From Anthoceros angustus (Eukaryota; Plantae; Anthocerotophyta), in assembly GCA_010909165.1 (NCBI GenBank), contig MU008158.1, positions 3,249,478 through 3,313,477 of the forward strand: a stretch of DNA of 64,000 nt, in the 5' to 3' direction. The notes beneath the pieces are model-generated. The model ran no database searches. It was given only the letters and a program-made list of their open reading frames with translations, and was not told the origin of the DNA. The position numbers and the translations under genes were made by a program. This document shows, piece by piece, positions 61,061 through 64,000 of the stretch. Each line of letters opens with the position of its first letter. The first letter of the stretch is position 1.

Positions 61061-64000
61061 CTACAAATTTTGGCGAAGCTTGACCTGCTTGAACTCCCGC
61101 ATGGTACTGATTATGGCCGTTTCTACTGGCAATCGCTCCATGCTTGATGCACCATAGAATCCATGCACCCCACTCTTTTGTATGACGAATGCTGCTTCCT
61201 CAGGTCCTGATATGGGGCCTGCGAGACAAGGCCAATGGTGGAGCGTCAGAAGGTACATCGCCGTCTTTGTCGGCATTTTCATAACTCCGTTCACACATGT
61301 ACCTCCATGACACAGAACGAGGATGTCTGGTTTGATCTCCTGGGCAGCTACAGCTATGGCCTTAACTCGTCGTGCGCTTTCTTCCAGAGATAAGGCAGTT
61401 TTTGCCCCTATCGACCCAGCTGTTGTCAAGCCCATGTGAGCTACGATGATGTCTGCCCCTGCGCTGGCCATTTGGCGAGATTCTGTCTCGTTGAAGGCAT
61501 AGGGTGTAGTTAGCAAACCCAGGTCATGAGCTTGCCGTATCATATCCACTTCAAGCCTGCCACCATCTGCCAACGTTAGCTGGATGCCCAGGAATTCAAG
61601 GCCCAATACAAGACATTTTCAAGAACGTACCCGAAACCCATTCCAGTCTCCTCCAGATTCTGACGAAAGTTGCCGTCAATCAGGCCAACGGTAGGGAAGT
61701 TCTGGACGCCTGCAAATCCCATGTCCGCAAGTTGCCGAAGGAAGCTTCTGATTTGACGAAAGGGATCAGAAGCACACACTCCGGCAAGGACAGGCACCTT
61801 CTTCACAACCTGCAATTTCAGCAAACAGCAGCTGGTATTCATTGTTGAAGAAGATGCAAATGGTTGGGCAAACGCAGAGACATCGGGGGTACAAGAGTCA
61901 TACTGGTAGAACTTCACTCGCCATGTCCACAAGCACAGCGTTTGCATCCTTGTAGGGCATCAGACCAGCCAGGGAACCTCGGCCAGCCATCCTGAATCGA
62001 CCTGAGTTGTACAGAATGATCAAGTCAGCTCCACCTTCCTCTTCAAACTTTGCAGAAATCCCTGTCCCTGCTCCTGCACCAATGATGGGAATGCCACGAG
62101 AGATCTGTCCCCTCAACCTCTGCAGCACCAAGGACCTTGGCAAACTTGTGTCTCCACGCATGACATCCCGGGACGAGTCTTCAGCCTTGGTTACGACAAA
62201 GGAAAGGGAGTGTATCTGCACTGCACATTCATCTGTGGTGGCACCTTGGTCTGGAAGCTTGTGCACTGTCTGTGCTGCATCTATCCCTGAGGACATGGAG
62301 GCAGTTTCTTGCTCGTTTTGAACATTTAACGGCTCCTCACTTGATGGCACCTTTATGACTGATGACTCCGAGGCAATAGCCAGGAACTCCTGCACGAGAG
62401 CTTCAGCAAAATCCTGGTCGTTGATGTGGAGCGGTTTGCGCTGAATCTGCAGTAGTATCACCCGAATGAGGACTTAGTCCATAATCTAGTTCCCACATGG
62501 GAACGGAATGCAGTACTGGTTGCTCACTTGACGGTCTGCTGTTTGATGGACTGCTTGCTGTAGTTGGTTGTACAGGGCCTCTCTTGCTTCAGGATTGTAG
62601 AAGGGCATACCCGAGGCATCAAGTGCAGAGACGCCATGGTCAGGAAGCAGCAGTCTCACGGGGCCACTTGATTTATTAAGAGCATCTGCAATGAAGTTCG
62701 CAAACTTCTTGTTCTCTTCCACAGTTGTTCGCATAAGAGTCACCTGTATGATGATCACCCCACACCAGCGAATATGAGACAGTCAGTTGGAAACGTTGCA
62801 GATGTGAAGCCCATCGGCCACGAGCATTGCACCTTTTCATTGTGAGCGTGCAACTGTCTTGTGCTGAACTCAGCTGGTATACTGTTGCGCTCCCAAAAGT
62901 TCACCATGTCCAATGCTCCAACACTGACAACCAGAGGCACACCCATTTGGATCATGGCTTCAAACCGGTTGCTCTTACAGGGCATCACTCCCCCCACGAC
63001 ATAGTCGGCTACCTCCGTGGTGGTGATGTCTATGACGCCCTGCAAGCCAAGGCAGCATAGAATCTCCTTGTAGTAAAGCTGACAATCCCCATAAATGTAA
63101 AACGGGCAACACAAGCATCCAGCTGCCAGCGCAAGACCTGAAGAAGACCTTGAGTCACCATGTTTTCCATCGCTTGGCCGCCAGTACCAGTAGCATGAAA
63201 CACCAGTGACTCAAACCCAGCCTCCCTCAGCTTCGTCTGCACGGCTTTCACACAGGGAGTTGTGACACCGAACATTGTCAAGCCCACCGTGGGCCTTTCT
63301 GCCCCACAGCCAGACTCAGACTGGTTTCCGTCCAACTTGTTACTGATAACGCCAGCCACCATACCCGCCAAAGCAGAAGCAGCATTGTTTAGGATACGCG
63401 AGCTGAAGCTGTTCAGGCCACTTAAGTCCACCACAGATGGCCACAGAACAAGGTCCGAAGCCTGTACGAAGGTTTCCGCATTCCCGCTGGCTACGGTGGA
63501 TACCAGAATCTTTGGCACCCCAATTGGAAGTTCCCGGAGAGCTGGTGCTATGAGAGCTGTCCCGCCAGACCCACCAATTCCTATAGCTCCAGCCACCCCG
63601 CCCTCGGTGCGGAGGAATTCCCGGAGAGCCGCACTCAGCACAGACACCGCAGCGCCTCTGTCACTCGGGAGACTTGTGGATGATCTCAAGGATGCATCTG
63701 GGTGGCAGGACAGAACATGCTGTCGGCTGACATGCGAGTGTCCACTTTCAGGTTCCACCACAGCAGCTTGGGATGAAGACACGTCGACGGTGACAACTTC
63801 CACCTGCAGAAAAGCAAAATGTGTGACTGGATCATGACAAGAGGGGCGGCATTCCGCTGCCCCGCAGTTTGGCCAAAAGCTTGGGTGAGTGGCCACCTAC
63901 CTGTCCTCGGGCTGCAGGGCAGAAGAGAGTCAGATTGGAGGAGACCTGCTGAGCAACATAGAGAAGCTCCTGGCCCTTGGTATCCAGGGTCCCTATGCAG
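61061..64000 (-). CDS. Tm-1-like protein (UPF0261 domain + TIM-barrel PEP-hydrolase-like domain); start lies just beyond the window
   Basis: [11 protein letters not shown] at the window edge; [115 protein letters not shown]. Confidence 0.93.

Overview
Gene-dense, about 50% GC, short-intron nuclear DNA from a land plant; a non-seed plant such as a hornwort, moss or lycophyte is an inference, not a determination. Recognisable spliced genes in order: AKR2-type ankyrin protein (3' part), SVIP-like microprotein, Expp1-like secreted protein, FEN1, a predicted GPI-anchored Ser/Pro-rich protein, Derlin-2, POR, VPS13X-like (~14 kb), LMW-PTP, intronless WRN-exo-type 3'-5' exonuclease, TAM41 and a Tm-1-like gene cut by the window edge. 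The interval ~2.6-23.9 kb is an accessory zone. First, a decayed RLE-type (CRE-like) non-LTR retrotransposon is split by a CACTA element. That element keeps its right TIR and 3-bp TSD, but its left end is replaced by a perfect 20-nt inverted copy of the flank, a candidate hairpin-excision footprint. Second, a diverged duplicate of the 28.8-32 kb block carries a paralog whose GPI signal is replaced by a ~220-aa acidic repeat. Third, a ~9 kb mosaic of Derlin and WD40 pseudogene pieces is joined by at least 7 same-strand junctions with ~4-10 nt microhomologies, including backward jumps and a 23-nt templated insert. The mosaic may be real template-switch rearrangement or a long-read consensus artefact; raw reads would decide. 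No rRNA, tRNA or CRISPR array was found. I found no clearly new multi-gene biological system; the strongest novelty candidates are the DNA-rearrangement signatures and the repeat-remodelled paralog. All assignments come from manual translation and remembered family motifs; no database searches were run.
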